From a bacterium (GTDB taxonomy: Bacteria; RBG-13-61-14; DATKZS01), in contig CAXXFL010000002.1 of assembly GCA_963674965.2 (NCBI GenBank), positions 672,001 to 736,000 on the forward strand: 64,000 nt of DNA, given 5' to 3'. The translations under genes and the position numbers were made by a program. The notes under the pieces were generated by a model. That model did not search any database. It worked only from the letters and a program-made list of their open reading frames with translations, and was not told the origin of the DNA. This document shows, in pieces, positions 47,745 to 58,249 of the stretch (position 1 is the stretch's first letter; the number at the start of each line of letters is the position of its first letter).

Positions 47745-49025
47745 TTATCTGAGATGGATATCGGCGAAGTCCATGAAGGCCCTCCAGTCCTCCACCGTCA
47801 GGTCGTGTTTTCCCTCTCTCAAGTGATATCCGATGCTTCCCTGGATTCTCTCGCCCGGACCGGGCATTGTGTCCGCGTCCATTCCTCCCGCGTCCAGCAG
47901 GCGATAAACGGGGTCGGCCGCCCTGGCCGCCAGGAACTCTCCCCTCGGATCGGCCCATTTGTCGCCCCGGGCCGAGGCCACGTAAACGGGACGAGGCGCA
48001 ATAAGGGCGATCAGCATGTGCTGGTCCACGGGCATCGAGTCCTCCTTGCCGCCGAAGCTCTTTATGTTTCCGCAGAACCAGTATCCATATATTCTACTAA
48101 TAAGTCCCAGGTTTTCCCCGTACCTTCTCCTCCAGAGGGCCGCGCCGCCGCATCCGGAGTCGTTGGATATGACCATGGCGAAGCGCTCGTCCTGGGCCCC
48201 GGCCCATAAAGCGGCCTTGCCAAGACGGGAATGACCGAGCACGATCGTCTTTTCGGCGGTGACGTCGGGATCGGTCTCGAGGTAATCAAGGCCCCTCATC
48301 AATCCCCATGACCAGGCCCCGATCGAGCCCCAGGCGTCCGGCGGCCTCTCGCTCCAGCCGGGATCGTCAAACAAAGGATGGACTCCGTTTTTATACCCGT
48401 CGTCGAAATCGGGGTCCAGGTCACCATAGTAAATGGTGGCCAGACCGTAGCCCCGGGAAAGAATCTCCTCGAGGGGGAACCTTTTCGACTTGATTCCCCT
48501 GCCCTTTTCCGACGCTCGATGTCCCTTAATGCCTGGCTCCAGGTTGGGCATCCAGCCGGTCGGTATCCTGATGGCCGGGTCGGCGTTCACCGAATGGTTT
48601 CCCGAAAAGTTGAGAAGAAGGAAAACGGGAGAGGGCTTCCCCGAGTTCGGCAGATATAAAAGCATGTCCATCGACCCGGCGCCGCCCGGGCCGGTGAAAT
48701 CGACCGTAACCTGTTTTCGTATCGCCTTTCCGCCAAGGGCCGAGCGGTCCTCATCGAAAACCTTATAGGACTCCAGAAGGGGACCTCCGGGCGAGCGGCC
48801 GTAGACGTTTTTTTCGAATAGCTCGAGTATCTCGGGCCTTCTTTTCTCCCGCCAGGTCCGAGCGTCAAGGACAGGGTCGCCATTTTGCATCACGAGGGGA
48901 TCGGGCAAGACGTATTCGGGTACCAGTTTTTCGATCACGTTAAAATACGGGGCCCCGGCTGATCCCGGGGCGTTAGGGACCATAATCAAGGTGAGGACCA
49001 AAGCGGCAAAAAGGGTTCTTTTCAT
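47745..49025 (-). CDS. Secreted CE15 carbohydrate esterase (glucuronoyl/acetylxylan esterase-like)
   Basis: Signal peptide, LPDPL, IGAWSWG, GHSRLGK, SGCGGA, PVDQHML, WADP.GE, H. Confidence 0.9.
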   Translation of the reverse strand: MKRTLFAALVLTLIMVPNAPGSAGAPYFNVIEKLVPEYVLPDPLVMQNGDPVLDARTWREKRRPEILELFEKNVYGRSPGGPLLESYKVFDEDRSALGGKAIRKQVTVDFTGPGGAGSMDMLLYLPNSGKPSPVFLLLNFSGNHSVNADPAIRIPTGWMPNLEPGIKGHRASEKGRGIKSKRFPLEEILSRGYGLATIYYGDLDPDFDDGYKNGVHPLFDDPGWSERPPDAWGSIGAWSWGLMRGLDYLETDPDVTAEKTIVLGHSRLGKAALWAGAQDERFAMVISNDSGCGGAALWRRRYGENLGLISRIYGYWFCGNIKSFGGKEDSMPVDQHMLIALIAPRPVYVASARGDKWADPRGEFLAARAADPVYRLLDAGGMDADTMPGPGERIQGSIGYHLREGKHDLTVEDWRAFMDFADIHLR

Positions 49026-49411
49026 AATATTTACCGTTCCTTTCCAAAGGGTTAGGCTTCATCTACAATAGAACGATTCGCTTTGGTTTTCAAAACGTTT
49101 TTTTTCCGACTCAGCGGTATATTGGCGTGACATTTTCATTGTCGAATATAATCGCATGTGCTACTCTCTTACAAGAGTGAATGTCATTAGACGCCGATCA
49201 CCCAATTCGCCGGGATAATACAAAAAGCCCTCAAGCTAAAACATATCCCGTATTGACGTTGCAAACGTGTTGATATTTTGACTATACTTACATAATATTC
49301 TTAGGTGAGCCTCTCCGATTTTCACGAGTCGGGATCGAGGCGAAACCCATGGCCAGGGAAGGAGGGCGCGAAGTCTTCACCGCGCTTACTCCCGCGCCTT
49401 AGGGAAAAAAC

Positions 49412-51817
49412 ATGAGCGGCGCCGACAAAGAAAAAGAGTTCCATAGAAAAAGAGCCGGCCTGATCGACGCGGTAGACGCCCCCGCCGATGGCGCCCGCGT
49501 CAAAAGCGAGCTTGATCGCAAAGACAGGGAACTGAAAAGATCGGAGGTAAAGTACCGAAGTCTTTTCGAGTCGACCTCCGATTTCGTGGCTATCATGGAC
49601 ATGCAAGGAAAGATAATCGATTACAATCGGTCATCCGATATCCTCGGCGTTGCCCGCGAAAATATCATCGGTAAAAATTTCCTCGAGACGGGCATCTTCA
49701 AAAAGGAGCACGAGTCGCTGTACCGGGAAATTCTGGCCGACCTGGAGAAGGGAAAAAACATCGATCCCGCCGAGGTGGAACTGACCGCGCCCGACGGATC
49801 GAAAAGGACCTATCGCTTTTCTCCCACGGTAGTGCATATGGAAGGCCAGCCCTTCGCCATTCAGGTTCTTGCCAGGGAGGTCTCGAAAAGCGAAAGGAAG
49901 CTTCCCGCTCCAAAAGATATAAGGATTGACGAATGGCGCTCCATCTTCCAGGCCATCGGTCATCCCTCGATCATTCTATCAACCGACCACCAAATCGTGG
50001 CGGCCAACGACGCCACCCTCAAGGCCCTGGGGCTGAAATCCGACGAGGTGGAAGGACGCCAATGCTACGAGATTTTTCACAACTCGAGCCTTCCTCCCCT
50101 CGGCTGCCCTTTAAATACCCTGCTGTCATCCGGCGGCATGGACATGGTCGAGATGGAAGTCGAGGCCGTTAACGGGGTCTTCCTGGTTTTCTGCACTCCC
50201 CTTCTCGACGCTGAGGGCAACATCGATAAAGTACTCCACATCGCCACGGACGTGACCCAAAAGAAACGGGCCGAGCGCGACCTCACTCTCAGGCAGGCCC
50301 AGGCCAGGGCGCTTCTGGATTCTTCCGACGAGACCATGGTGCTGGTCAACAAAAGCGGAGTGATCCTGGAGATAAACGAGGCCGGGGCCAGGGCCTTGAA
50401 CGGTTCGCCCGAAAAGCTCAAAGGCTCGATTTTCTACGGCCATCTTCCCCCCGAGTTGGCGCCCCATTGGCGGGAAGAGATAGAGAAGGTCCTTGTCTCG
50501 GGCAAGCCCGTTTCCTTCGAGAACTTCGCGGCCGGCTTCCAGACCGCGAACCGGGTGCATCCGGTCTTCGGCGAGGACGGAGGCGTCATCGGGCTGGCGA
50601 TTTACTCGAGGGACATGTCCGAGCGCCGTGACCTGGAGCGTCAGCTTTTCCACGCCCAGAAGATGGAGGCGGTGGGCAGGCTGGCCGCGGGCATAGCCCA
50701 TGATTTCAACAACAACCTGACTCCCATCTTCGGCCTTAGCGAGCTGACTTTAAAGAGCCTTAGCCCCTCAAGTTCCATTCGCGACAACCTGGTCGATATC
50801 CGGAGTTCCGCCCAGAAGCTGGCGAAGCTGACCAGCCAGCTTCTGGTTTTCGGCCGCAAGCAGCCGATCGAGCCCGGTATCCACAATCTCAACGACATTA
50901 TCGTGGACGTGGAAAAGATGCTGGGGCGCGTGATCGGCGAGGACGTGAGTCTTTCCAAGTCCCTGGCTCCCGACCTGGGCAAGACCAGGGTTGACGCGGG
51001 CCAGATCGAGCAGATCATCATCAACCTGGCGGTGAACGCCAGGGACGCCATGCCCGACGGCGGCAAGCTTACCATCGAGACCCGCAACGTCGACCTCGAC
51101 CTCGACTTTGCCAAGGGGCACCTTAGCCTGCTTCCGGGCAAATACGTTCTCATGACCGTGTCCGACACCGGCGAGGGCATGGACGAGCAAACCAGGTCCC
51201 GCGTGTTCGAGCCTTTTTTCACCACCAAGGAGAGGGGAAAAGGCACGGGCCTTGGCCTGTCCACCGTCTACGGCATCGTCAAGCAGAACGGCGGCGACGT
51301 CTGGGTCTATAGCGAGCCGGGACTGGGCGCGTCCTTTAAAATTTACTTTCCTATCCACGAAGGCGGCGAGGAAACGGAACTTCCCGACGACTCGCCCGCG
51401 GCCTCGCCCCCCAGCGGAACGGAGACGGTGCTCGTGGTCGAGGACGACGAGGGAGTAAGGGAAGTGATAAAGAGTATCCTGGCCGAATACGGGTACCGGC
51501 TCCTGCTCGCCTCCGACGGGGAAGAGGCGGTCAAGATGGCGTCCCGCCCGGAGAAAGGCGTCAAGCTGGTGCTGACGGACGTGGTCCTGCCGGGAATGAG
51601 CGGGGCCGAGTTGGCCTCCCGTCTGAAAAAGATCGACCCTTGCCCCAAGGTCGTGTTTATGTCCGGCTACTCAGACGACGCCATCGTCAGGCACGGGGTG
51701 CTCGAGCCGGGAGTCGATTTCATCCAGAAGCCCTTCAGCAGTTTCGATCTACTGGTGAAAGTAAGAGCGGTCCTTGACCAGGAAAACGGCAATGAAGACC
51801 CGACTTCCATGGACTAA
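49412..51817 (+). CDS. Cytoplasmic multi-PAS hybrid histidine kinase with receiver domain
   Basis: Three PAS-like segments, GIAHDFNN, NLAVNARDAM, FEPFFTTK, GTGLGL, VEDD, TDVVLP, KP. Confidence 0.95.
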   Translation: MSGADKEKEFHRKRAGLIDAVDAPADGARVKSELDRKDRELKRSEVKYRSLFESTSDFVAIMDMQGKIIDYNRSSDILGVARENIIGKNFLETGIFKKEHESLYREILADLEKGKNIDPAEVELTAPDGSKRTYRFSPTVVHMEGQPFAIQVLAREVSKSERKLPAPKDIRIDEWRSIFQAIGHPSIILSTDHQIVAANDATLKALGLKSDEVEGRQCYEIFHNSSLPPLGCPLNTLLSSGGMDMVEMEVEAVNGVFLVFCTPLLDAEGNIDKVLHIATDVTQKKRAERDLTLRQAQARALLDSSDETMVLVNKSGVILEINEAGARALNGSPEKLKGSIFYGHLPPELAPHWREEIEKVLVSGKPVSFENFAAGFQTANRVHPVFGEDGGVIGLAIYSRDMSERRDLERQLFHAQKMEAVGRLAAGIAHDFNNNLTPIFGLSELTLKSLSPSSSIRDNLVDIRSSAQKLAKLTSQLLVFGRKQPIEPGIHNLNDIIVDVEKMLGRVIGEDVSLSKSLAPDLGKTRVDAGQIEQIIINLAVNARDAMPDGGKLTIETRNVDLDLDFAKGHLSLLPGKYVLMTVSDTGEGMDEQTRSRVFEPFFTTKERGKGTGLGLSTVYGIVKQNGGDVWVYSEPGLGASFKIYFPIHEGGEETELPDDSPAASPPSGTETVLVVEDDEGVREVIKSILAEYGYRLLLASDGEEAVKMASRPEKGVKLVLTDVVLPGMSGAELASRLKKIDPCPKVVFMSGYSDDAIVRHGVLEPGVDFIQKPFSSFDLLVKVRAVLDQENGNEDPTSMD

Positions 51818-53451
51818 GGATTTACCGAGTTAAGCTCGCTCGCGAAAGCGGCCGCCGAGACCGGGTCGCTCTCCTGTATGATATAAAATCGCATCCCTAT
51901 TTTGGCGCCTCTCGCCTTGCTCGTCTCGAAGCGGATTTCCCGAGCCTTGGGATAAAAACCGGCGGCAAGGCATCCAGCCGCGTTGTCGCGAATCAAGTAA
52001 AGGCCGTCGCCCAGCCCGATCAGGCCGTTGGGAAGGGCCAGGTGTATCGATTTGGGCTTTATATCGTTAATGTCTATCCGCCTGACTTCATGCTCCATCA
52101 TGGCCGGACTATACTCGAGGTAATCCCCCGCCAGGGGAAAGGCAATTCCACCGCTTCCTTTCCATTCCACGCTGACCGAGTAAGCCTTTCGCGACAGGAC
52201 CTCGGCCTCCTCCCAGGTTGCCTTTGATTTTAAGGCCCCGCCGAAGAGTCCGACCTCGACCGGAGGTTCGTCAGTTAACTCGCGGAAAACGGGAGACGCC
52301 GGCGCGGCGTTCGGCAAGGGCGCTCCTTCCAGCGCCTTCAGGGCGAGGTCCATTTGCTCGTAATCCCATTTGATCTCGACGGGAAAGGGGAACCATCCGG
52401 TCGGGTCCGAGACCTCGGCGTTTAGCATGTGCCCCCACGCCTCGGCGAGGACCTCGTCGTCCGCGCCCGCCCGCTCGGCCTCGATCAATTTCGTCCTCAC
52501 CCGCCAGTTCCTGGAGCGTATGTCGTAGTCGGCCTCCCAGGGGAAAGCGTATTTGCCCATCCACTGGAAGACGCCCGAGCCGTCCTCCGGCCGCCAGGGC
52601 GAGTCGAGCATGGGACGAAGAGGGGCCGGCTTCAACCCGGCCTCCCGGAGGGCGGCCACGTACTCGGAAACGGTCGAGGGCTTGTACCCTTCCTTTTCCA
52701 GCGCCGTCATGCGAGCCTCGAGGCCCTTCAGCTTGGCGGGGTTGGCGCGGAAGAGGCCGGGGAAATAGGGGCTGATCCCGGCGGTGGCCACCAACTCGCC
52801 GTCGCCCAGAAAAAGCCATTTCACCTTGACGCCGGTATCCGGGTGGATAGCGTCCCGGTTGGTAATCACGTCCATCCCGTGGGCCGAGAAATAGGGAAAG
52901 CGCTCGTCGTCCTGAAACCATGAATACTGGCTCGTGGTCATTACCGCCGCGTCGTATCCATGGTCCCTGCCCAGGCGGCACATGCCCTCCCCGAACTGGG
53001 CCTCCTGGGTGAAGATCACGCTCGAGCGCTCGATCCCGTATTTTTCGAAGATTCGGTCGTTGAGCTTGATGGACCACTTCTGATCGTGACCGGGAAAGGC
53101 GAGCAGCAACTGGTCGGCGTAATGAAAGGACGTGAGGCTTACCTGGCCCGAGTTCACGAGCCTTCTGAATTTATCCAGCACCTCGGTATGGCTCTCGGCC
53201 ATGTACTCGATCATGAGTCCCTGCATCTCGAAGTCGGCCCCCCAGCCGGGATGGGCGGCGTAGAAATCCACCAGGGGCTCGAAGCTTTGCTTCACGATCC
53301 TTCTCATGCTCGCCTCGGAGCCGACCACGTACTGGATATTGAAATGATACATGTTGAGCAGAAAGCCACCGGCGGGCCTTTCTTTAGACGACCCGGGGCC
53401 TGAAACCAGTATCACCGCCAAAAGCGCCAAGGGCGCGGCGAGTTTTTTCAT
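51814..53451 (-). CDS. Secreted GH57-like (glycoside hydrolase/deacetylase barrel) protein
   Basis: Signal peptide MKKLAAPLALLAVIL; HFNIQY, FTQE, GDGE, AEVSD.TGW resemble GH57 conserved regions. Confidence 0.6.
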   Translation of the reverse strand: MKKLAAPLALLAVILVSGPGSSKERPAGGFLLNMYHFNIQYVVGSEASMRRIVKQSFEPLVDFYAAHPGWGADFEMQGLMIEYMAESHTEVLDKFRRLVNSGQVSLTSFHYADQLLLAFPGHDQKWSIKLNDRIFEKYGIERSSVIFTQEAQFGEGMCRLGRDHGYDAAVMTTSQYSWFQDDERFPYFSAHGMDVITNRDAIHPDTGVKVKWLFLGDGELVATAGISPYFPGLFRANPAKLKGLEARMTALEKEGYKPSTVSEYVAALREAGLKPAPLRPMLDSPWRPEDGSGVFQWMGKYAFPWEADYDIRSRNWRVRTKLIEAERAGADDEVLAEAWGHMLNAEVSDPTGWFPFPVEIKWDYEQMDLALKALEGAPLPNAAPASPVFRELTDEPPVEVGLFGGALKSKATWEEAEVLSRKAYSVSVEWKGSGGIAFPLAGDYLEYSPAMMEHEVRRIDINDIKPKSIHLALPNGLIGLGDGLYLIRDNAAGCLAAGFYPKAREIRFETSKARGAKIGMRFYIIQESDPVSAAAFASELNSVNP

Positions 53452-53539
53452 AAGCGCGTCTCCATTCATAGAGAAATATCCTCCATTATAGATTGGACTG
53501 TGGCCCTCGGGCAATATATCATTATTGGCCTGGTCGAAA

Positions 53540-54499
53540 ATGAACGAGACTTCCACATCCGCCTCTCCCGCCCCGCGCGGCTACGATCTTCTTCTTTTAA
53601 TCATGGCCAACGCCATATGGGGAAGCACCGACTCGATAGCCAAGTACGCCCTGGCCGAGATGAGTCCCATTACCCTGACCTGGCTTCGTTTCAGCGTGGC
53701 GGCCATTTTTTTCCTTCCTCCTCTTTATTTCCGGCGGCGCGAGATACCCCGTTCTTTTCGAGCTCTTCTTCCCTTCATGGCGCTGGGGGCCTGCGGTTTC
53801 TTTCTTAACTTCGCCGTCTTCTATTACGGACTCAGGCTGGCCCCCGCGTCCCACGCCACAGCCTTTCGCGTTTCCGAGTACCTTGTAATCCTGGCGCTGT
53901 CGGGGGTGATCCTGGGGGAGAGGGTCACGAGGAGGTCCCTCCTGGGCATAGCGGCGGGGTTGGTTGGGTTCATTATCGTGCTGGACCTGGATTTATCGAG
54001 TCTCGACGTATTCACGAAGGGAACGCGGCTGGGAGACGCCCTGATTTTTTTAGGCATAGTGATCGAGGGCCTTTACACGGTCATCGGTAAAAAGACCCTG
54101 GCCAATACCCGCCCGCTCACGGCCACGGCCCTGGCCTGCCTTTTCGGATGGCTCATGACCACCGCGGCGTCCCTGCCGGAGATCGCGCTCCTGGCCAAGG
54201 ATCCGCCGTCATGGAAAGGCATGGCCTCGGCCATCTACCTGGGAGTGTTCGCCACGGCTTTCGCCTATTGGGTTTGGTACAAGGTCCTCTCGAGGCGGGA
54301 GTCCTACAGGGTGGGCATGACCCTCATGGTCCAGCCGGCCGTCGGGCTGCCCATGGCCGCCCTCTTCCTGGGCGAGAAACTGGACGGATGGTTCCTGGCC
54401 GGGGCGGTCCTGATCGCGGCCGGGGTTTACGTGGCGCTTTCCGGCGCGGGATCGAGCGCGGCGTCCCCCGTGGAATCTTCCTCGGAAAAGGACGGATAG
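53540..54499 (+). CDS. DMT/EamA family transporter
   Basis: IWGS, LRF, ILGE, LG..AT..AY..W, LFLGE; about 10 TM helices. Confidence 0.92.
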   Translation: MNETSTSASPAPRGYDLLLLIMANAIWGSTDSIAKYALAEMSPITLTWLRFSVAAIFFLPPLYFRRREIPRSFRALLPFMALGACGFFLNFAVFYYGLRLAPASHATAFRVSEYLVILALSGVILGERVTRRSLLGIAAGLVGFIIVLDLDLSSLDVFTKGTRLGDALIFLGIVIEGLYTVIGKKTLANTRPLTATALACLFGWLMTTAASLPEIALLAKDPPSWKGMASAIYLGVFATAFAYWVWYKVLSRRESYRVGMTLMVQPAVGLPMAALFLGEKLDGWFLAGAVLIAAGVYVALSGAGSSAASPVESSSEKDG

Positions 54500-54885
54500 G
54501 AGATGGCGTAGTAAAGCGCCGCCAAGGCCCATATCGCCGGCGCCAGTCCAATTGCCCCCATGAGAAGGGCCATGAGGTAGGTCGTCTGGTTCAGATTTAT
54601 AATATGCTCGGCCATAATTCCCATCCTGTAGACGACGACCGCCGCCGCCAGGACCACGAATAACTTCCTGGCCACTTCCACTTTCCTGTAAAGGGCGATC
54701 GAGTAAATCCAGAACAGTCCTAGAAATACGGCGCTGGGCCATCCCCATTGGATTACCATGTCGGGCTGTCTGCCCTGATCGAAGACAGCCCAGCCGGCCA
54801 GGCCGGCGAGGGCCGCGGTATAAATCAGCAATAGGCCGAATACGAGCGCCATGAACAGCGTGAAATGCCTGTTTTTCGTGGCCAA
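54427..54885 (-). CDS. Hypothetical four-TM membrane protein
   Basis: AGGAGG RBS before a GTG start; four hydrophobic helices. Confidence 0.65.
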   Translation of the reverse strand: MATKNRHFTLFMALVFGLLLIYTAALAGLAGWAVFDQGRQPDMVIQWGWPSAVFLGLFWIYSIALYRKVEVARKLFVVLAAAVVVYRMGIMAEHIINLNQTTYLMALLMGAIGLAPAIWALAALYYAISYPSFSEEDSTGDAALDPAPESAT

Positions 54886-55002
54886 TCTTTTCCTCCTGAG
54901 GAGCCTGAGTCCGTCGGGGACCGGCGGGACCGATCCGGGTTCTAAATGGATTTGACTTCACTCGGCGACATAGGTTCCCGCCGACCCGGGACCGGCGGCC
55001 GA

Positions 55003-55431
55003 TTAAAACGCGTCCAGTTCCTTGTCCAGTATCTTGATATAGGCCTTCTTAAGGGCCTCGATGGCTTTGTCCGCCGGCTCGGCGCCCACTATCATGACCG
55101 CGTTGCCCTTGTACTTTCCGATAAGCGGGTACAGGTACTCGACGTTGACGCCGGCCTCCTTGAGGGGCTTGAGCAGGGCGTTCAATCCGCCGGGATGGTC
55201 CGGGGTTTCGAGGGCCAGTACCGGCACCTCCCTGACCTCGAAGCCGTTTGCCTTCAGTACGTCGAGGGTCTTGTGGGGGTCGTCCGGCACCAGGTGAATC
55301 TGGGCGTCCTCGCCGTGGACCGCCGCGGTTATGGCCCGCACGTTGATACCCTCGTCACCCAGGACGTCGCTGATGCGGGACAGTTGTCCGGGCTTGTTTT
55401 CAACCTTAACCGAGAGCTGCGTTACCTTCAT
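55003..55431 (-). CDS. Tandem ACT domain protein
   Basis: QLSVKVENKPGQL..GINVRA; DHPGGL...VNVEYLY. Confidence 0.92.
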   Translation of the reverse strand: MKVTQLSVKVENKPGQLSRISDVLGDEGINVRAITAAVHGEDAQIHLVPDDPHKTLDVLKANGFEVREVPVLALETPDHPGGLNALLKPLKEAGVNVEYLYPLIGKYKGNAVMIVGAEPADKAIEALKKAYIKILDKELDAF

Positions 55432-55982
55432 CAGCTTCCTCCACCTTTGTTCTTTATGAATTCCAGGCCCACCTCGAAACCCTTGAGGTTCGATTCCATG
55501 GCCTTTTTCTTCTTCTCGAAAATAATCCCGATGGCCTCGCGGAAAGCCGCCGGGTCCACCAGGCCGGTCTTGCCCGCCAGCGCCCCGAGCATGACCATGT
55601 TGGCAGAGCGCTCGCTCCCGGCCTTCTTGGCCAACTCGTTGGCCGGCACCTCGACCACCTCGATATCGCTGCGCGTCGGTCTTTCCTCGACCAGGCTGGT
55701 ATTGAGGAACATCAAGCCGCCCGGGCCGATGAAGTTCTCGAACTTGAGCATGGACGGACGGTTCATGGCCACCAGGTACTCGGGCTCGCTCGCGATGGGA
55801 GAGGCTATCTCCTCGTCGCCCACGTTGACCGTGCAGTTGGCCGTTCCTCCCCTGACCTCGGCCCCGTAGCTGGGGAAATAGGTCACGTGCTTATCGTCGA
55901 TCATGCCCGCGTAGGTCAGGGTATAACCCATGGAGAGCACGCCCTGGCCGCCGAATCCAGCGAAAAATGTTTTAACTATCAT
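55431..55982 (-). CDS. 2-oxoacid:ferredoxin oxidoreductase gamma subunit
   Basis: AGFGGQGVL, PSYGAEVRGGTANC, ANMVMLGA. Confidence 0.93.
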   Translation of the reverse strand: MIVKTFFAGFGGQGVLSMGYTLTYAGMIDDKHVTYFPSYGAEVRGGTANCTVNVGDEEIASPIASEPEYLVAMNRPSMLKFENFIGPGGLMFLNTSLVEERPTRSDIEVVEVPANELAKKAGSERSANMVMLGALAGKTGLVDPAAFREAIGIIFEKKKKAMESNLKGFEVGLEFIKNKGGGS

Positions 55983-56035
55983 AGACAACCCCGCAAAGAA
56001 TATACGACCGCCGAACCCGAGGCGAATCGCCCGCT

Positions 56036-56779
56036 TTATTTCCCCGTCCTGTCCGCCAGCACGCCGGGCTGGAAATGCTCGACCATCTCGGTCTCGACCC
56101 ACCGGCAGGCGTCGAGCGGCTTCATCTTCCAGTTAGTCGGACAAGGCGAGAGCACCTCGACCAGGGTAAATCCCTTCCCCGCCATCTGGACCTCGAAGGC
56201 CTTGCGTATGGCCTTCTTGGCCTTGACGATGGTCTTGGGCGAGGTGACCATTACCCGCTCGACGTAGGCCGCTCCCGGCAGTTCCGCCACCAGGTGAGAT
56301 ATGTCCAGGGTGTACCCCTCCCGCTTGGCCGAGCGTCCGGCCGGAGCGGTGGTGGCCTTCATGCCCATCAGGGTGGTGGGCGCCATCTGCCCGCCCGTCA
56401 TGCCGTAAATGGCGTTGTTGATGAAAATGACCGTGATGTTCTCGCCCCGGTTGGCCGCGTGAATGGTCTCGGCCGTGCCGATGGCCGCCAGGTCTCCGTC
56501 TCCCTGATAGGAGAAGACCACGTGGTCGGGAAGGCAGCGCTTGACGCCGGTGGCCACGGCCCCTCCCCTTCCGTGAGCGGCCTCGATGACGTCCACGTCC
56601 ATGTAAACGTAAGCCAGGACCGCGCAACCCGCGGGGGCCACGCCGATGACCTTCTCGCCCACGCCCATCTCCTCGAAGACCTCCATCATAAGACGGTGGA
56701 CGATCGAGTGGCCGCAGCCCGGGCAGTAGTGGGACGACACGTCCTTTAAGTATTTGGGTTTTTTATAAACCTGTTCCAT
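56036..56779 (-). CDS. 2-oxoacid:ferredoxin oxidoreductase beta (TPP-binding) subunit, VorA-like
   Basis: HYCPGCGH, AAHGR, YQGDGDLAAIG, NNAIYGMTGGQMAPTT, CPTNW. Confidence 0.95.
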   Translation of the reverse strand: MEQVYKKPKYLKDVSSHYCPGCGHSIVHRLMMEVFEEMGVGEKVIGVAPAGCAVLAYVYMDVDVIEAAHGRGGAVATGVKRCLPDHVVFSYQGDGDLAAIGTAETIHAANRGENITVIFINNAIYGMTGGQMAPTTLMGMKATTAPAGRSAKREGYTLDISHLVAELPGAAYVERVMVTSPKTIVKAKKAIRKAFEVQMAGKGFTLVEVLSPCPTNWKMKPLDACRWVETEMVEHFQPGVLADRTGK

Positions 56780-56794
56780 GGCCCGCTCCTTTTA

Positions 56795-57883
56795 TTAATC
56801 GGGAACCCGCTGGAAATAGCGGGTGGAAACGACCTTGGCCAGGTCAAGAGGAGTCGGAACGGCCCCCCCCGGGCGGCAGTAGGTAGACACGCTTCCCTTG
56901 CCCTCGAGGGCAAGCCTTACGTCCTCGACCATCTGGCCCGTGTTAAGCTCGAAGACCATAAACTCCTCGATGCCTCGGTCAAGAAGCGACCTGAGAGCCT
57001 CGGACGGATATGGCCAAAGAGTGATGGGACGGAACATCCCCACCTTGAGGCCGTCCTTTTTCAGGCGCCGCATGGCCCCCTTGGCTATCCGGGCGGCCGT
57101 GCCGAAGGCGACTATGGCCATCTTGGCCCCCTCGAGGTCGTACTCCTCCCAACTGGTCTCTTCCTCGGCTATTTGCTTGTATTTCCTGACCAGCTTCCAG
57201 TTGTGTTCCTCTTCCTTCTTGGTGTCGAGAATGAGGGAGATGCTGCGGCGGCCCGGCCGTCCTGCCGCCCCCCGCATGGCCCAGTCCTTGGCGGGCAGGG
57301 TCTTCAAGTCCCTCATCTCCGGCATGATCACGGGCTCCATGGTGTTCCCGAGCATGCCGTCCGACATGATCAGCACCGGGGTCCGGTACTTGTCGGCCAC
57401 GTCGAAGGCCTTATAGGTAAGCTCGGCCAACTCCTGCACCGAGGCGGGAGCGAACACCGGCGTCCTGTAGTCTCCGTGCCCGCCGCCCCTGGTGGACTGG
57501 AAATAGTCGCTTTGAGAGCCGGCGATGTTGCCCAGGCCGGGGCTTCCCCTTACCATGTTGACCACCACGGCGGGCAGTTCCTGTCCGGCCAGGAAGCTTA
57601 TGCCCTCCTGCTTGAGGCTGATGCCGGGGCTGGAGGAACTGGTCATGGCCCTGGTCCCGGTGACCGAGGCCCCCAGCACCATGCTGATGGACGCTATCTC
57701 GGACTCTCCCTGTATGAACACGCCGCCCACCTCGGGCATGCGTCCCGACATGTACTCGGGCACCTCGTTCTGGGGAGTTATGGGATACCCCGCGTAAAAC
57801 CTGCACCCCGCCCTGATGGCCGCCTCGGCCAGGGCGTGGTTGCCCCGCATCAATACCTTGTCTTGCTTTTTCTTTTTACTCAC
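56795..57883 (-). CDS. 2-oxoacid:ferredoxin oxidoreductase alpha subunit, VorB-like
   Basis: GN.ALAEAA, GYPITPQ, ESE, TSSSSPGISLKQE, GGGHGDY. Confidence 0.95.
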   Translation of the reverse strand: MSKKKKQDKVLMRGNHALAEAAIRAGCRFYAGYPITPQNEVPEYMSGRMPEVGGVFIQGESEIASISMVLGASVTGTRAMTSSSSPGISLKQEGISFLAGQELPAVVVNMVRGSPGLGNIAGSQSDYFQSTRGGGHGDYRTPVFAPASVQELAELTYKAFDVADKYRTPVLIMSDGMLGNTMEPVIMPEMRDLKTLPAKDWAMRGAAGRPGRRSISLILDTKKEEEHNWKLVRKYKQIAEEETSWEEYDLEGAKMAIVAFGTAARIAKGAMRRLKKDGLKVGMFRPITLWPYPSEALRSLLDRGIEEFMVFELNTGQMVEDVRLALEGKGSVSTYCRPGGAVPTPLDLAKVVSTRYFQRVPD

Positions 57884-58100
57884 GCCACACCTCGATTATC
57901 CCCTCCGGACACACTATCGCGCAGGTCCCGCATCCGTTGCAGTCCTCCCCCGAGTGAACGGCGGGGTAGTAACCCTTTTCGTTGTACTTGTCGTCCAGCT
58001 TGATCGCTCCCTTGGGACAGGCATCGATACAATACTCGCAGGATTTGCAGAACTCCTGCTTGATTATTATCTTTCCTTTTCTTTGCTTCTTTTGCGCCAT
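57876..58100 (-). CDS. 2-oxoacid:ferredoxin oxidoreductase delta subunit (2x[4Fe-4S])
   Basis: CKSCEYCIDACP and CNGCGTCAIVCP; GYYP. Confidence 0.93.
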   Translation of the reverse strand: MAQKKQRKGKIIIKQEFCKSCEYCIDACPKGAIKLDDKYNEKGYYPAVHSGEDCNGCGTCAIVCPEGIIEVWRE

Positions 58101-58249
58101 TGAGGGAACTTCCTTTCAACCCGTTATAAACGCGCCTTTTCCTTCTAACTTATTAATAAAAAAGCGGCCCGAAATAATTAAGCCGCCAAAACGCATAAAC
58201 GAAATCTTACGGCTCGCCGATGGGGATATCTTGTCTCTCACGATCCCGC

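Noticed and set aside
49325-49405. Possible c-di-GMP-I riboswitch upstream of the hybrid kinase (GGCGAAACCC...GGGCGCGAAG)
   Set aside because: No GNRA-capped P2 stem or recognisable P3/receptor; the resemblance is superficial.
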